From positions 37,730 through 101,729 of the forward strand of contig CAWAAK010000028.1 of NCBI GenBank assembly GCA_963780005.1: a stretch of DNA of 64,000 nt, written 5' to 3'. This document shows positions 46,681 through 55,880 of this stretch, piece after piece. Source of the DNA: an uncultured Actinomycetota bacterium. Lineage in GTDB: Bacteria > Actinomycetota > Actinomycetes > Propionibacteriales > Propionibacteriaceae. The translations under genes and the position numbers were made by a program. The notes beneath the pieces are model-generated. The model was not told where the DNA came from and ran no database searches. It worked only from the letters and a program-made list of their open reading frames with translations. Numbering within the stretch: position 1 is the first letter of the stretch; each line of letters begins with the position of its first letter.

Positions 46681-47376
46681 TCAGGGGCGCAGGACACGGC
46701 GGGTGACCAGTTCCCCGCGGGCGTAGCGGCCGATCTCATGGGTGGCGATCCCGTCCATCACCGCACCGACCCCGCCGCCGAGCAGTGGCACCCGGCGGGT
46801 GATCGCGAGCGCGAAGCTCTTGCCGCCGACGCGGGCGAAGAGGTCACCCAGCACCTCTTCGGCAACCGTCTTGTCCAGCTGGGGGTCGAACACGGGCGCG
46901 GTGGCCACCGCCAGGGGCGAGGTCGGCAGCTTGCCCTGCACGATGCGCTTGCCCACCTGCTCCCCGCCCAGCAGGCACATGATCAGCGCCGTACGGACGC
47001 GGTTGTCGTCGAGGTCGTAGCCGCGCAGGTGCGCCAGCGCCGCCACCATCCGGGTCTGCACCACCGCGACCCCGGCCACGTTGGCGGGCAGGGTCACCGG
47101 CAGGGCCGCCACCCCGCCGAGATTGGTGGCGAAGCCCTGGGCGGACGCCAGGCCGACATGGAAATCGATGATTCCGTCGATCGCGCCGTCGGCGGAACCG
47201 GCGTGCTTCTGCAGCTGCCGGCCGGCACTGGCCTTCGCACTGGGCAACCAGCCGGTGCCGTCGATGGCCAGCTCCAGCACCCTGCGGAGGACTCCGCCGG
47301 CGGCCCCCGGGGCGTATCGGGTCGCGACCGAGGTGCCCCGGGCGAACAACTTGCCGACGTCTTGGGCTGACGGCAT
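46681..47376 (-). CDS. EcsC-family protein
   Basis: 231 aa from MPSAQDVGKLF...IIDFHVGLASAQGFATNLGGVAALPVTLPANVAGVAVVQTRMVAALAHLRGYDLDD. The longer track ORF (to 48426) is antisense read-through over aat. Confidence 0.6.
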   Translation of the reverse strand: MPSAQDVGKLFARGTSVATRYAPGAAGGVLRRVLELAIDGTGWLPSAKASAGRQLQKHAGSADGAIDGIIDFHVGLASAQGFATNLGGVAALPVTLPANVAGVAVVQTRMVAALAHLRGYDLDDNRVRTALIMCLLGGEQVGKRIVQGKLPTSPLAVATAPVFDPQLDKTVAEEVLGDLFARVGGKSFALAITRRVPLLGGGVGAVMDGIATHEIGRYARGELVTRRVLRP

Positions 47377-47547
47377 CGTGCTCCCTTCCACCCATCGACT
47401 TAACACGGCTCGACCCGCCCCGCCGGTGCGGCGAGATGGTGCGCGTGCTGGCCAGCCTATGTGGCCCGTGGTGGCCGACCGAGTGGCCGCGACCCCGGCC
47501 GCACCCCGAGCGGTCCCTGAACGGCGCCGGGGCGGAAGACTGCAGGC

Positions 47548-48213
47548 GTGGTCGAGTCGACGTTCGGGCCGCCGGAGCGGTGGCGACCCAGTGATCTGAT
47601 CGCGGTGTCGCGCGAGTTCGACGCCGATCTGGTCCGGGGGGCGTACCGCGCCGGGGTGTTCCCGATGCCGATCCGGCGCGGGGTTATGGGCTGGTTCTCG
47701 CCGCTGCGCCGGGGCATCCTGCCGCTGGACCGACTCCGGGTGAGTCGATCGCTCCGCAAGATGACCGGCCGGTACCGCATCACCGTCGACACCGCGTTCG
47801 ACAAGGTGCTGGCGGCCTGTGCGGACCGACGCCGTCCGGGCGCCTGGATCGACACGCGGATCTCGACGGTCTATCAGGAGCTGCACCGCGACCACGTGGT
47901 GCATTCGATGGAGGCCTGGACGTCCGACGGACGACTCGCCGGCGGCCTGTACGGGGTCAGCATCGGCGGCCTGTTCGCCGGCGAGTCGATGTTCCACGAT
48001 CCCGAGGTGGGCCGGGACGCGTCGAAGGTGGCCCTGATGGCCCTGGTCGAGCGGTTGCGCACGGCCGACGGCGAGGATCGGCTGCTGGACGTCCAGTGGC
48101 AGACGCCGCACCTGGCCTCGCTCGGCGTGGTCGAGATCAGCCGGTCGACGTACCTGCGCCGACTCGAGAAAGCGTTGACTATGCCCACCCCCGACTGGAT
48201 CAGCCACCGATAA
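47548..48213 (+). CDS. aat: leucyl/phenylalanyl-tRNA--protein transferase
   Basis: GAYRAGVFPMP...GWFSP..RGILPLD...VHSMEAW...LAGGLYGVSIGGLFAGESMFH...DASKVALMALV. Confidence 0.85.
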   Translation: MVESTFGPPERWRPSDLIAVSREFDADLVRGAYRAGVFPMPIRRGVMGWFSPLRRGILPLDRLRVSRSLRKMTGRYRITVDTAFDKVLAACADRRRPGAWIDTRISTVYQELHRDHVVHSMEAWTSDGRLAGGLYGVSIGGLFAGESMFHDPEVGRDASKVALMALVERLRTADGEDRLLDVQWQTPHLASLGVVEISRSTYLRRLEKALTMPTPDWISHR

Positions 48214-48220
48214 TGGGCCC

Positions 48221-49084
48221 ATGCCCGAGATGCCTGAGGTGGAGTCGCTCGCCCGGTTCCTGACCGAGAAATGCGTCGGGCACACGATCGCGCGGATCGA
48301 GTTGCTGGCCTTCAGCGCCCTGAAGACGTACGACCCGCCGCTGTCGGCTCTCGAGGGCCTGGAGATCGACGGGGTGAGCAGGCACGGCAAGTTCCTCGAC
48401 ATCTCGGCCCAGGGCGTGCATCTCATCTTTCATCTGGCCCGGGCGGGTTGGCTGCGCTGGCGGGACCAGCTGCCGGCTGCCCCCGGCAAGCCCGGGCGGG
48501 GGCCCCAGACCCTGCGGCTCCGGCTGGACGACGATTCCGGTTTCGACCTCACCGAGGCCGGCACCCAGCGGAAGCTGGCGGTCTACGTGGTGTACGACCC
48601 GGACGCCGTTCCCCACATCGCGACGCTTGGTCCAGATCCGCTGTCGGAGGAGTTCGACGAGGACGCGCTCGCGGCCCTGCTGCGGCGGTTGGGTCGCGCT
48701 CAACTCAAGGGGGTGCTGCGGGATCAGAAGAACATCGCCGGGATCGGTAACGCCTATTCCGACGAGATCCTGCATGCGGCCAGGCTGAGCCCGTTCAAGG
48801 CGGCCAACAGCCTCAGTCCCGAGGAGCTCGCGACCCTGTACGCCGCCATCCGGGGCGAGTTGGCCGGGGCCATCGAGCGTGCGAAGGGCCTGGCGGCGTC
48901 GGACCTGAAGGGCGAGAAGAAGTCCGGGATGAGGGTGCACGGCCGGAAGGGCTTGCCCTGCCCGGTGTGCGGGGACACGGTCGCCGAGGTGTCCTTCCAC
49001 GATTCCTCACTGCAGTACTGCCCGACCTGCCAGACCGGCGGCAAGAAGCTCGCCGATCGCCGGCTGTCCCGGCTGCTGAAGTAG
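48221..49084 (+). CDS. nei: Fpg/Nei-family DNA glycosylase / AP lyase
   Basis: MPEMPEVES with N-terminal catalytic Pro2/Glu3. H2TH segment LRDQKNIAGIGNAYSDEILHAARL. Zinc finger CPVCG...CPTCQ. Confidence 0.85.
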   Translation: MPEMPEVESLARFLTEKCVGHTIARIELLAFSALKTYDPPLSALEGLEIDGVSRHGKFLDISAQGVHLIFHLARAGWLRWRDQLPAAPGKPGRGPQTLRLRLDDDSGFDLTEAGTQRKLAVYVVYDPDAVPHIATLGPDPLSEEFDEDALAALLRRLGRAQLKGVLRDQKNIAGIGNAYSDEILHAARLSPFKAANSLSPEELATLYAAIRGELAGAIERAKGLAASDLKGEKKSGMRVHGRKGLPCPVCGDTVAEVSFHDSSLQYCPTCQTGGKKLADRRLSRLLK

Positions 49085-49111
49085 CCGCCTGCTTCGTCGC
49101 CCCCGGCGGCT

Positions 49112-49206
49112 CCCGTACGGCCTCACCACAGCTGCTCGGGTTGCATGGTCCTGCTCGAGTTGCAACCCGAGCAGCAACGAGCAGATCGAGCAGCTGGCCG
49201 TACGGG
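49112..49206 (+). other. nested GC-rich hairpin structure (15-bp inner stem, 11-bp outer stem) with CGAGCAG repeats
   Basis: Inner stem: GCTGCTCGGGTTGCA (49131-45) pairs with TGCAACCCGAGCAGC (49161-75). Outer stem: CCCGTACGGCC (49112-22) pairs with GGCCGTACGGG (49196-206). CGAGCAG occurs 3 times at a 9-nt period. Confidence 0.5.
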
Positions 49207-49245
49207 GTCGGCGGTGAGCACCGGACCCGCGGGTAGCATCGCCGG

Positions 49246-49551
49246 ATGCTCGAGGCACCGGGAATCCAACCCGCCGAGGTGGACGTCAGAGTCGCCGACG
49301 GCTGGACGCTGCTCGACGTCCGTACGGCTCCGGAGTGGGCCCACGTCCACCTGAACGGGGCTCAACACCTGCCGATGGATCAGGTGGTGGCCCGGCTGGA
49401 CGAGGTCCCGGACCGTGTCATCTGTGTCTGCGCGGTGGGGGCCCGCTCCGCGCAGGTGGCGGACTATCTGCAGGCGCGGGGCCGCGAGGCGGTCAACCTC
49501 GAGGGCGGGATCCAGGCCTGGCTCGCCGAGGGCCGCCCCGTCGCCGGCTGA
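49246..49551 (+). CDS. rhodanese-like domain protein
   Basis: LLDVRTAPEW...active-site loop CAVGARS...LEGGIQAW. Confidence 0.8.
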   Translation: MLEAPGIQPAEVDVRVADGWTLLDVRTAPEWAHVHLNGAQHLPMDQVVARLDEVPDRVICVCAVGARSAQVADYLQARGREAVNLEGGIQAWLAEGRPVAG

Positions 49552-49622
49552 TTAGCGAGCGCGCTCGCGCGCTCGCGCGGCTGACGCAGGTGTAAATTGA
49601 CGTTCGTCCGATTCGGGAGCTC

Positions 49623-49731
49623 ACACCAGATGGTGGGCTGAGAGGGTGGAGTGCCGGGCTGAGGCCTGCTGGTCCACCGACCGACCGAACCTGACCGGGT
49701 AATGCCGGCGTAGGGAGTCGATCGCTGGTGT
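49623..49731 (+). promoter_or_regulatory. TPP (THI-box) riboswitch
   Basis: P1 is ACACCAG (49623-29) pairing with CTGGTGT (49725-31). The conserved GGGCTGAGAGG and GAACCTGACCGGGTAATGCCGGCGTAGGGAG are present. It is followed by a CytX-type transporter gene. Confidence 0.85.
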
Positions 49732-49884
49732 CCCCGTCCAACAAGATCATCTCGTCTCAACCACCTCGAGCCGCGCGACCCGTCAAGGGAGGTTCCGACC
49801 GGGACGGGGTCCCGGCCGGCGGAGGCCCCCCTCCACCTCACGACAGATCCGCCGCGGCCGCTGCGATTCGTCGACCAGCTGGCC

Positions 49885-51108
49885 ATGTGGGCCAACCTCG
49901 GCATCAGCCTGTTCGGCCCGCTCACCGGGGCGCTGATCGCCCTCACCACCGGCTCGGTCGGACTGGCCATCGCGGCGGTCGTGGTGGGCTGCGCGATCGG
50001 CGCCCTGCTGCTCGGCGGGTCGGCAATGTTCGGCGCCACCACCGGGGCACCGGCCATGGTCTCCCTGCGCGGCATGTTCGGTCGCCGCGGCTCGGTGCTG
50101 CCGACGTTGCTCAACATCGCCCAGAACGTCGGCTGGGCCACCATGGAGATCATCGTGATCTCCACCGCGGCCGCGGCGGTGCTGGGTCCGCAGTGGCGCT
50201 GGCCCCTGGTGATCGTCTCGGGCGCGGTGGCCACCCTGATGGCCGTCCGCCCGCTGGGCAGCGTCCGGTTGCTGCGCAAGATCATGGTCTGGATCGTGCT
50301 GGCCGCCTCGGTGTACCTCTTCGTCCAGGTCCTCGCCCGACCGGCACAACCGATCCCGCAGGAGGGGGTGCTGGGCTTCTGGCCGGGGGTGGATCTGGCC
50401 ATCGCCGGGGTGATCTCGTTCGCGCCGCTGGCGGCCGACTACAGCCGGCACTCCCGGACCCGGCCGGCGGCGTTCTGGGGTGCCTCCCTGGGCTACGGGC
50501 TGGCGGCGATCGCCTACTACATCCTGGGCGTGCTCGCGGTGGTGAATCTGGCCGCGACCGACGTGATCGCCTCCCTGGTCGCCCTGCCGGCGGGAGCGAT
50601 AGCGCTCGGCATCCTGCTGGTCGACGAGGTGGACGAGGCGTTCGCCAACATCTACTCGACCACCATGAGCGTGCAGAATCTCTTCGGCGGCCTCGACCGG
50701 CGGATCGTCGCGGTGATCATCGGAGCCACCGCGACGTTGATCGCCGGATTCCTCGACTTCAGCCAGTACCAGTCGTTCCTGTTCTTGATCGGCTCCGTGT
50801 TCGTGCCGCTGTTCGCCGTGGCGGCCGTCGACTTCTTCCTCGTCAGCGGTCAGCGCTGGGACGTCTCGGCGACCGCGCGGCTGCGGGTCGTCCCGGTCGT
50901 CGCCTGGGCCGCCGGTTTCGTGGCCTACCAGCTCGTCTACCCCGGTACGGTGCCGGGCTGGGCGGACTTCTGGCGCGGCGTGGCCGGGACCATCGGCTTC
51001 ACCCCGCCGACCTGGCTCGGCTCCTCGGTGGCGGCGATCGTCGTCGGTGGAGTGATCATGTTCGGACTGGGCCGGCTCACCCGGCGCTCGGCCCCTTCGC
51101 GCACCTAG
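49885..51108 (+). CDS. cytX: NCS1-family hydroxymethylpyrimidine/thiamine-precursor transporter (CytX-like); true start probably upstream
   Basis: 407-aa TM-rich ORF. The same frame stays open upstream (…LTTDPPRPLRFVDQLAMW), which looks like the conserved N-terminus, but no ATG/GTG/TTG exists there. An AAGGGAGG RBS sits at 49783-49790. Confidence 0.75.
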   Translation: MWANLGISLFGPLTGALIALTTGSVGLAIAAVVVGCAIGALLLGGSAMFGATTGAPAMVSLRGMFGRRGSVLPTLLNIAQNVGWATMEIIVISTAAAAVLGPQWRWPLVIVSGAVATLMAVRPLGSVRLLRKIMVWIVLAASVYLFVQVLARPAQPIPQEGVLGFWPGVDLAIAGVISFAPLAADYSRHSRTRPAAFWGASLGYGLAAIAYYILGVLAVVNLAATDVIASLVALPAGAIALGILLVDEVDEAFANIYSTTMSVQNLFGGLDRRIVAVIIGATATLIAGFLDFSQYQSFLFLIGSVFVPLFAVAAVDFFLVSGQRWDVSATARLRVVPVVAWAAGFVAYQLVYPGTVPGWADFWRGVAGTIGFTPPTWLGSSVAAIVVGGVIMFGLGRLTRRSAPSRT

Positions 51109-51151
51109 GTCAGCCACCCCGCCCGCTCAGGGCGCCGGTAGCCTCGGCGCT

Positions 51152-51922
51152 GTGCTGATCTTCGCGCACCGGGGATTCTCGGGCCGGCAGCCGGAGATGA
51201 CCAGGGCCGCGTACGCCGACGCGATCGCCTGGGCCGAGGAGACCCAGATCCCCTCGGAGCTGGAGTGCGACGTGCAGTTCAGCGCCGATGATCACCTGAT
51301 CTGCCTGCACGACCTCACGCTCGACCGCACCTCGAACGGCAGCGGACCGGCGTTCGCGCGCCGGCTCGACGATCTGCAGCAGCTCGACTTCGGGTCCTGG
51401 GCCACCCCACGACCGAGTCCCGATCAGCGCCGATTGGTGACCCTGGCGGAGTTGCTGATCATGGTCGCCGAAGCCCGCGAACGGGGCGTCCCGGTCGGCC
51501 TGGCCATCGAGACCAAGCACCCCAACCCGCGTGGGCTCGACATCGAGGAGCGGGTCCGAGCCCTGCTGGAGCCGTACGGCTGGCACCGCCCGGGATCTCC
51601 CATTCGGTTGATCTCGTTCTCGGTGCCGGCTCTGCAACGGCTGCGGGAGCTGCTGCCCGACCTGGAGCGGACCCTGCTCATCGAGCACGACCTCGCGGCG
51701 TGGGCCGACGGCCGGCTGCCCGACGGCGTCCGGCTCGCCGGGGTCGATCTCGCACTGCTCCGCGCCGACCCGGACTACGTGGCGCGGGCCCGCCGGCACC
51801 ACAACGCGGTGCACGTCTGGACGGCCAACACGGCCGACGAGATCCTCTTCTGTCTCGAGCTCGGCGTGGCCGGCATCACCACCGACCATCCCGACCGGGT
51901 GGCCGCCGCGCTGGCCGGCTGA
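51152..51922 (+). CDS. glpQ: glycerophosphodiester phosphodiesterase
   Basis: IFAHRGFSGRQPEMT...LECDVQFSADDHLICLHD...IETKHP...HVWTAN. Confidence 0.85.
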   Translation: MLIFAHRGFSGRQPEMTRAAYADAIAWAEETQIPSELECDVQFSADDHLICLHDLTLDRTSNGSGPAFARRLDDLQQLDFGSWATPRPSPDQRRLVTLAELLIMVAEARERGVPVGLAIETKHPNPRGLDIEERVRALLEPYGWHRPGSPIRLISFSVPALQRLRELLPDLERTLLIEHDLAAWADGRLPDGVRLAGVDLALLRADPDYVARARRHHNAVHVWTANTADEILFCLELGVAGITTDHPDRVAAALAG

Positions 51923-51953
51923 CCGGTCGGGTCGATCCTCTACCCTTTCGGTT

Positions 51954-52712
51954 GTGAGTCTCGCCCGCGTCGCCTGTGTGATTCCGGCCGCGAACGAGGC
52001 CTCATCGGTGGCGGCCACCGTCGCCGCAGCGTCGGCCCTGCCGGGGATCAACATCGTCATCGTCTGTGACGACGGCAGCTCCGACGACACCGGTCGGCTC
52101 GCGGGCGCCGCCGGAGCCGTGGTGGTCAGCCACGCCCGGACCCGAGGCAAAGCCGCGGCGATCGAGTCCGCCGTCAACGCCCTCGGGGTGCTGGAACAGC
52201 GGGATCGGCGTCCCGAGTGCGGCACGCTGCTGCTGCTGGACGCCGACCTGGGCGCCTCGGCGGCCCGGTGCGGCCCCGTGATCATCCCGGTGACCAGCGA
52301 CCGGGCCGACCTGGTCATCGGCGTCCCGCCCGAGGCCGGCAGCGGTCTGGTCGCGACGACGGCGGCTCGAGGCATCACCGAGTTGACCGGCTGGACCACC
52401 CGGGCTCCGGTGTCCGGCCCGCGCGGCCTGACCCGCCGGGCCTTCGAGTTGGCCAGTCCGCTGGCGTCCGGCTGGGGCGTCGAGGTCGGGATGAGCATCG
52501 ACATCGTCAAGGCCGGGCTTCGGGTCCAGGAGGTCGACGTGCCCGTCTTCGGCCGCCCGGCCGATTCCTCCCTGAGCGGTCAGCTGAGACGGGCCAAGCA
52601 GCTGCGGGACGTGAGTCGGGCGCTGGCCGCCCGCGGGCTGGTCCAAGCCGGCCTCCAGGACTTCCGGGAGTCGGGCGGCGTCCAAGGGCTGCTGAACCGG
52701 TTCCGCCGATGA
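51954..52712 (+). CDS. family 2 glycosyltransferase
   Basis: ACVIPAANEASSV...IVIVCDDGSSDDTG...LLLLDADL (DxD). The stop overlaps the next start (ATGA). Confidence 0.75.
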   Translation: MSLARVACVIPAANEASSVAATVAAASALPGINIVIVCDDGSSDDTGRLAGAAGAVVVSHARTRGKAAAIESAVNALGVLEQRDRRPECGTLLLLDADLGASAARCGPVIIPVTSDRADLVIGVPPEAGSGLVATTAARGITELTGWTTRAPVSGPRGLTRRAFELASPLASGWGVEVGMSIDIVKAGLRVQEVDVPVFGRPADSSLSGQLRRAKQLRDVSRALAARGLVQAGLQDFRESGGVQGLLNRFRR

Positions 52713-54340
52713 GCACGGCCGCGAACCAGAATCATCGGCCCCATCACGACCATCCCCACCACCACGTCCGGCGCAGCCCGGCGCATCCGCCGATCCAGCG
52801 GTACGCACCGAGTGCCTGGCACCGGGATCATCGCTACGCCCTCGGTTTCATCGTCGCCGCGACCGGACTGACCCTGCTGACCGGCTTCCTGGGTCCGTCC
52901 GCCGTCACCTTGACCCTGGGTCCGCGGGCCTCCCTGCTGCCGCCGTGGTACCTCCCGAGCGGCGTCCTCACGCCCAACGAATGGTTGGTGTCGGGCCTGA
53001 CCGTGCTGATCATCCTGCTCGGCGCGGTCGGCCTCTGGGTCGGCCTGCGGGCCATCGCCGGCGGTTGGCAGCCGAACGTCCGGCGCCTGTTCGGACTGGG
53101 CACCGGTCTTTGCCTGACCACGATCCTGGTGCCGCCGCTCACCTCCGCCGACGTGATGATCTACGCCGGGTACGGCCGGCTGTACGCCCTCGGCCGCGAC
53201 CCGTACAGCTTCACGATCGGCGAAGTGATTCGCGGCCAGTACGATCCGGTGCTGCGCTGGGTCGAAGCTCCCTGGTACGACACCCCGAGCGTCTACGGGC
53301 CGATCATGACCACCGTCCAGTGGGCCGCGAATCAGCTGGGCGGGGAGAACATGCACGACATCGTGTGGTGGCTGCAGGTCTCCTCGGTGCTGCCGTTCCT
53401 CGCGGCCAGCGCCATCGTCGTGCGGATGGCGCGCGGCGACCCCGCCCGCCAGGCCCGGGCCACCCTGCTCAGCGTGGCCAATCCGATGCTCATCTGGGCG
53501 GTCGTGGCCGGCGCGCACAACGAGGCCCTGGCGATCATGTTCGCGCTGCTGGGATTGCAGTTCATGCGCCGCAACCCGTTCCTGGCCGGGTTGGGGATCG
53601 GCCTGGCCGGATGCACCAAGCTCAGCATCGGCCTGTGGGGTTTGGCCATGCTCTGGGCCTACCGCCGCGAGCCCAAGAAGGCCGCACTGCTCTGCCTGGG
53701 CACGGCGATCCCGATGGGTCTGGCCTATATCGTCTGGCAACCCACCGCCTTCGGTCAGGTGCTGCGCAACGGGACCTACGTCTCGGTCGGGTCCTGGGCG
53801 AATCCGCCGTTCCGACTCCTCAATCTGTTCCTCGGCGAGTGGGGGGCCAAGACCGTCGTCGGAGTCGTCGCCTACGCGGGTCTGCTGGTGATCGCCTGGA
53901 TGCTGTCCAAGGTGGTGCCCTGGACCGCCGCGCCCGGACTGCCCCGAGGGCTGGATCCGCGGGCTGACTCGATGACGGTCGCCCTGCGCACCTCGTTGAT
54001 CTTGTCGGTGGCCTGGCTGACCACCTCGATGTACACCCTGGCCTGGTACGACCTGCTCGCCTGGATGCCGCTCGCCTTGATGGTGGCGAGCAAGCTGGAC
54101 CGGATCCTGCTGCTGCGCATCACGTTGTTGTCGCTGGCCTTCGTGCCGGGCCGGGTGGTCGACATCGGGCCGGCCCTGGAGTTCGTGGCCACCCGCCTGT
54201 ACGACACCGTGTCCCCGATCGTTCAGATCGGGGTGCTGGTGGCCATCGTGATGTGGTGGCGGAAGCCCGATCGAGAAGAGCTGTTCCCGTTCCGGGACGC
54301 CAAGCCGACCGTGGTCGAGTCGGCCGAGATGCGGTCTTGA
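52709..54340 (+). CDS. GT-C membrane glycosyltransferase, GT87/DUF2029 (PimE-like mannosyltransferase family)
   Basis: 543 aa with a His-rich N-terminus (HRPHHDHPHHH). About 11 TM segments with the loop ...DVMIYAGYGRLYALGRDPYS...WYDTPSVYGPI, typical of DUF2029 proteins. Confidence 0.6.
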   Translation: MSTAANQNHRPHHDHPHHHVRRSPAHPPIQRYAPSAWHRDHRYALGFIVAATGLTLLTGFLGPSAVTLTLGPRASLLPPWYLPSGVLTPNEWLVSGLTVLIILLGAVGLWVGLRAIAGGWQPNVRRLFGLGTGLCLTTILVPPLTSADVMIYAGYGRLYALGRDPYSFTIGEVIRGQYDPVLRWVEAPWYDTPSVYGPIMTTVQWAANQLGGENMHDIVWWLQVSSVLPFLAASAIVVRMARGDPARQARATLLSVANPMLIWAVVAGAHNEALAIMFALLGLQFMRRNPFLAGLGIGLAGCTKLSIGLWGLAMLWAYRREPKKAALLCLGTAIPMGLAYIVWQPTAFGQVLRNGTYVSVGSWANPPFRLLNLFLGEWGAKTVVGVVAYAGLLVIAWMLSKVVPWTAAPGLPRGLDPRADSMTVALRTSLILSVAWLTTSMYTLAWYDLLAWMPLALMVASKLDRILLLRITLLSLAFVPGRVVDIGPALEFVATRLYDTVSPIVQIGVLVAIVMWWRKPDREELFPFRDAKPTVVESAEMRS

Positions 54341-54344
54341 GTAC

Positions 54345-55875
54345 GTACGTCCGACTTGTATGTGATGCAGCGATGGCGTGGTCGGGTCAGCTGCCCGTAG
54401 CGTCTCGTAGGACGCCAGGCGGGCTGACTCGAGTACTTTCTGCCGCCTTCGTGGCTGGCTCGTCTTCGGTGTGTCGCCCGGCTGGTGTCTGTTCGCGGCT
54501 TGACTCAACAGAGGCATGACGACGAGGACGCAACAGGGTCTCGAAGTCGGATTGTCAGTCGCGGAATCCACAGCAGCCCCACGAGAAGGGAACCATCACC
54601 GCGATGATGCTTATAGGTATCGACCCGCACAAGACCACCCACACCGCCACAGCCGTCGAATCCGACACCCAGCGGGAGGTGGCGTCGATCCGTATCGACG
54701 CCACACTCCGGGAGTACCGCCGAATGTTGACCTGGGCACGGCAGTGGTCGCAGCGCCGGTGGGCGATCGAGAACGCCGAAGGGCTTGGCCGGCACCTGAC
54801 GTCGTGGCTGGTTGCCCGCGGCGAAGTTGTGGTCGACGTCCCCACGACCGCTACCGCCCGAGTCCGGCAACTGTCTCGCGGGGGTGGCCGCAAGAACGAC
54901 CGCATCGACGCCGCCGCCGCCGCGTGTGTGGCCGCGCTGCAAGGCGACGCCCGACCAATGGAAGCCGAAGGCCACGCCGACGCTATCGCCGTCCTCGACG
55001 AGCGTCGGGTCAACCTGGCTCAGTCCAGGGTCCGCGCGGTCAATCAACTCCACGCGCTGCTTCGTGCCCTTATCGCTGGCGGCGCCCCTCGGGATCTGTC
55101 CGCCGCCGCCGCAAGTGCCCTGCTGCGCACGGTCCGACCCAGTGGTGCGGTGGAGCACGCCCGTAAGGCCGTCGCCAAAGATCTGGTGACCGAGATCCGA
55201 GCGCTCGACATCCAGCTGCGGGCCAATATCCGCGCTATCGCCCAGCTCGTCGACGCCACCGGCAGCACTCTCACCCAGACCGCCGGGTCGGGCCGATCAT
55301 GGCCGGCCGATTGATCAGCCGAACCGGCCGCGCCAGCCGCTTCCCCACCTCTTCGGCGTTCGCGAACTACGCCGGCGCCGCACCCGTCGAGATCGCCAGC
55401 GCTGCGCAGTCCCGGCACCGGCTCTCGCGCCACGGCGACCGCCAACTCAACTCCGCCTTACACACCATCGCCATCACCCAGATCCGGATGCCCAGCAGTT
55501 CAGGGCATCGGTACTACAAAACCAAGCTTGAAGAAGGAAAGACCCCACGCGAAGCCGCCCGATGCCTAAAGAGGCGCCTCGCCGACCACCTATGGCGGAC
55601 CATGATCAACGATGAGCGGCGAGCGGTGGATCTGGGAGGACACCTGGGGACGACTCTGCAATCCAGCGTGACTGGCTCAACCCCAAACACCAGCTCTTCG
55701 GACAAGTCACTTCCCAGACCCACCACCCACGACTCTACGACAGCCGAACCAGCCGCTTGACAAACACAGAGGCACCGAAGAGTCCTTGGCGTCGTAACTG
55801 TCGGCTTGCGACCTGTCTCCAGCCGGCGCGATGCACCAAGCCAACAGTTGCAGCGAAGCGACCACACCGAGAAGT
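54345..55875 (+). mobile_element. IS110-family insertion sequence (boundaries approximate)
   Basis: About 260 nt of non-coding, lower-GC leader followed by a DEDD-type transposase gene. It fills the whole space between the stops of two unrelated genes. No terminal inverted repeats are seen, as expected for IS110. Confidence 0.6.
54604..55760 (+). pseudogene. IS110-family transposase, one frameshift near 55285-55295
   Basis: N-terminal MMLIGIDPHKTTHTATAV...WAIENAEGLGRHL...KNDRIDA (DEDD domain). ...TLTQTAG / frame change / GPIMAGRLISRTGRASRFPTSSAFANYAGAAPVEIASA...HRLSRHGDRQLNSALH (Transposase_20). The span is 1157 nt. Confidence 0.85.
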
Positions 55876-55880
55876 GTTCC

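Noticed and set aside
49561-49590. The GCGAGCGCGCTCGC palindrome and GCGCTCGCGCG repeats after the rhodanese gene, as another copy of the 36-bp repeat family.
   Set aside because: It shares only the low-complexity GCTCGC/GCGAGC content. It does not align with the 36-bp core and is adequately explained as a GC-rich terminator stem.
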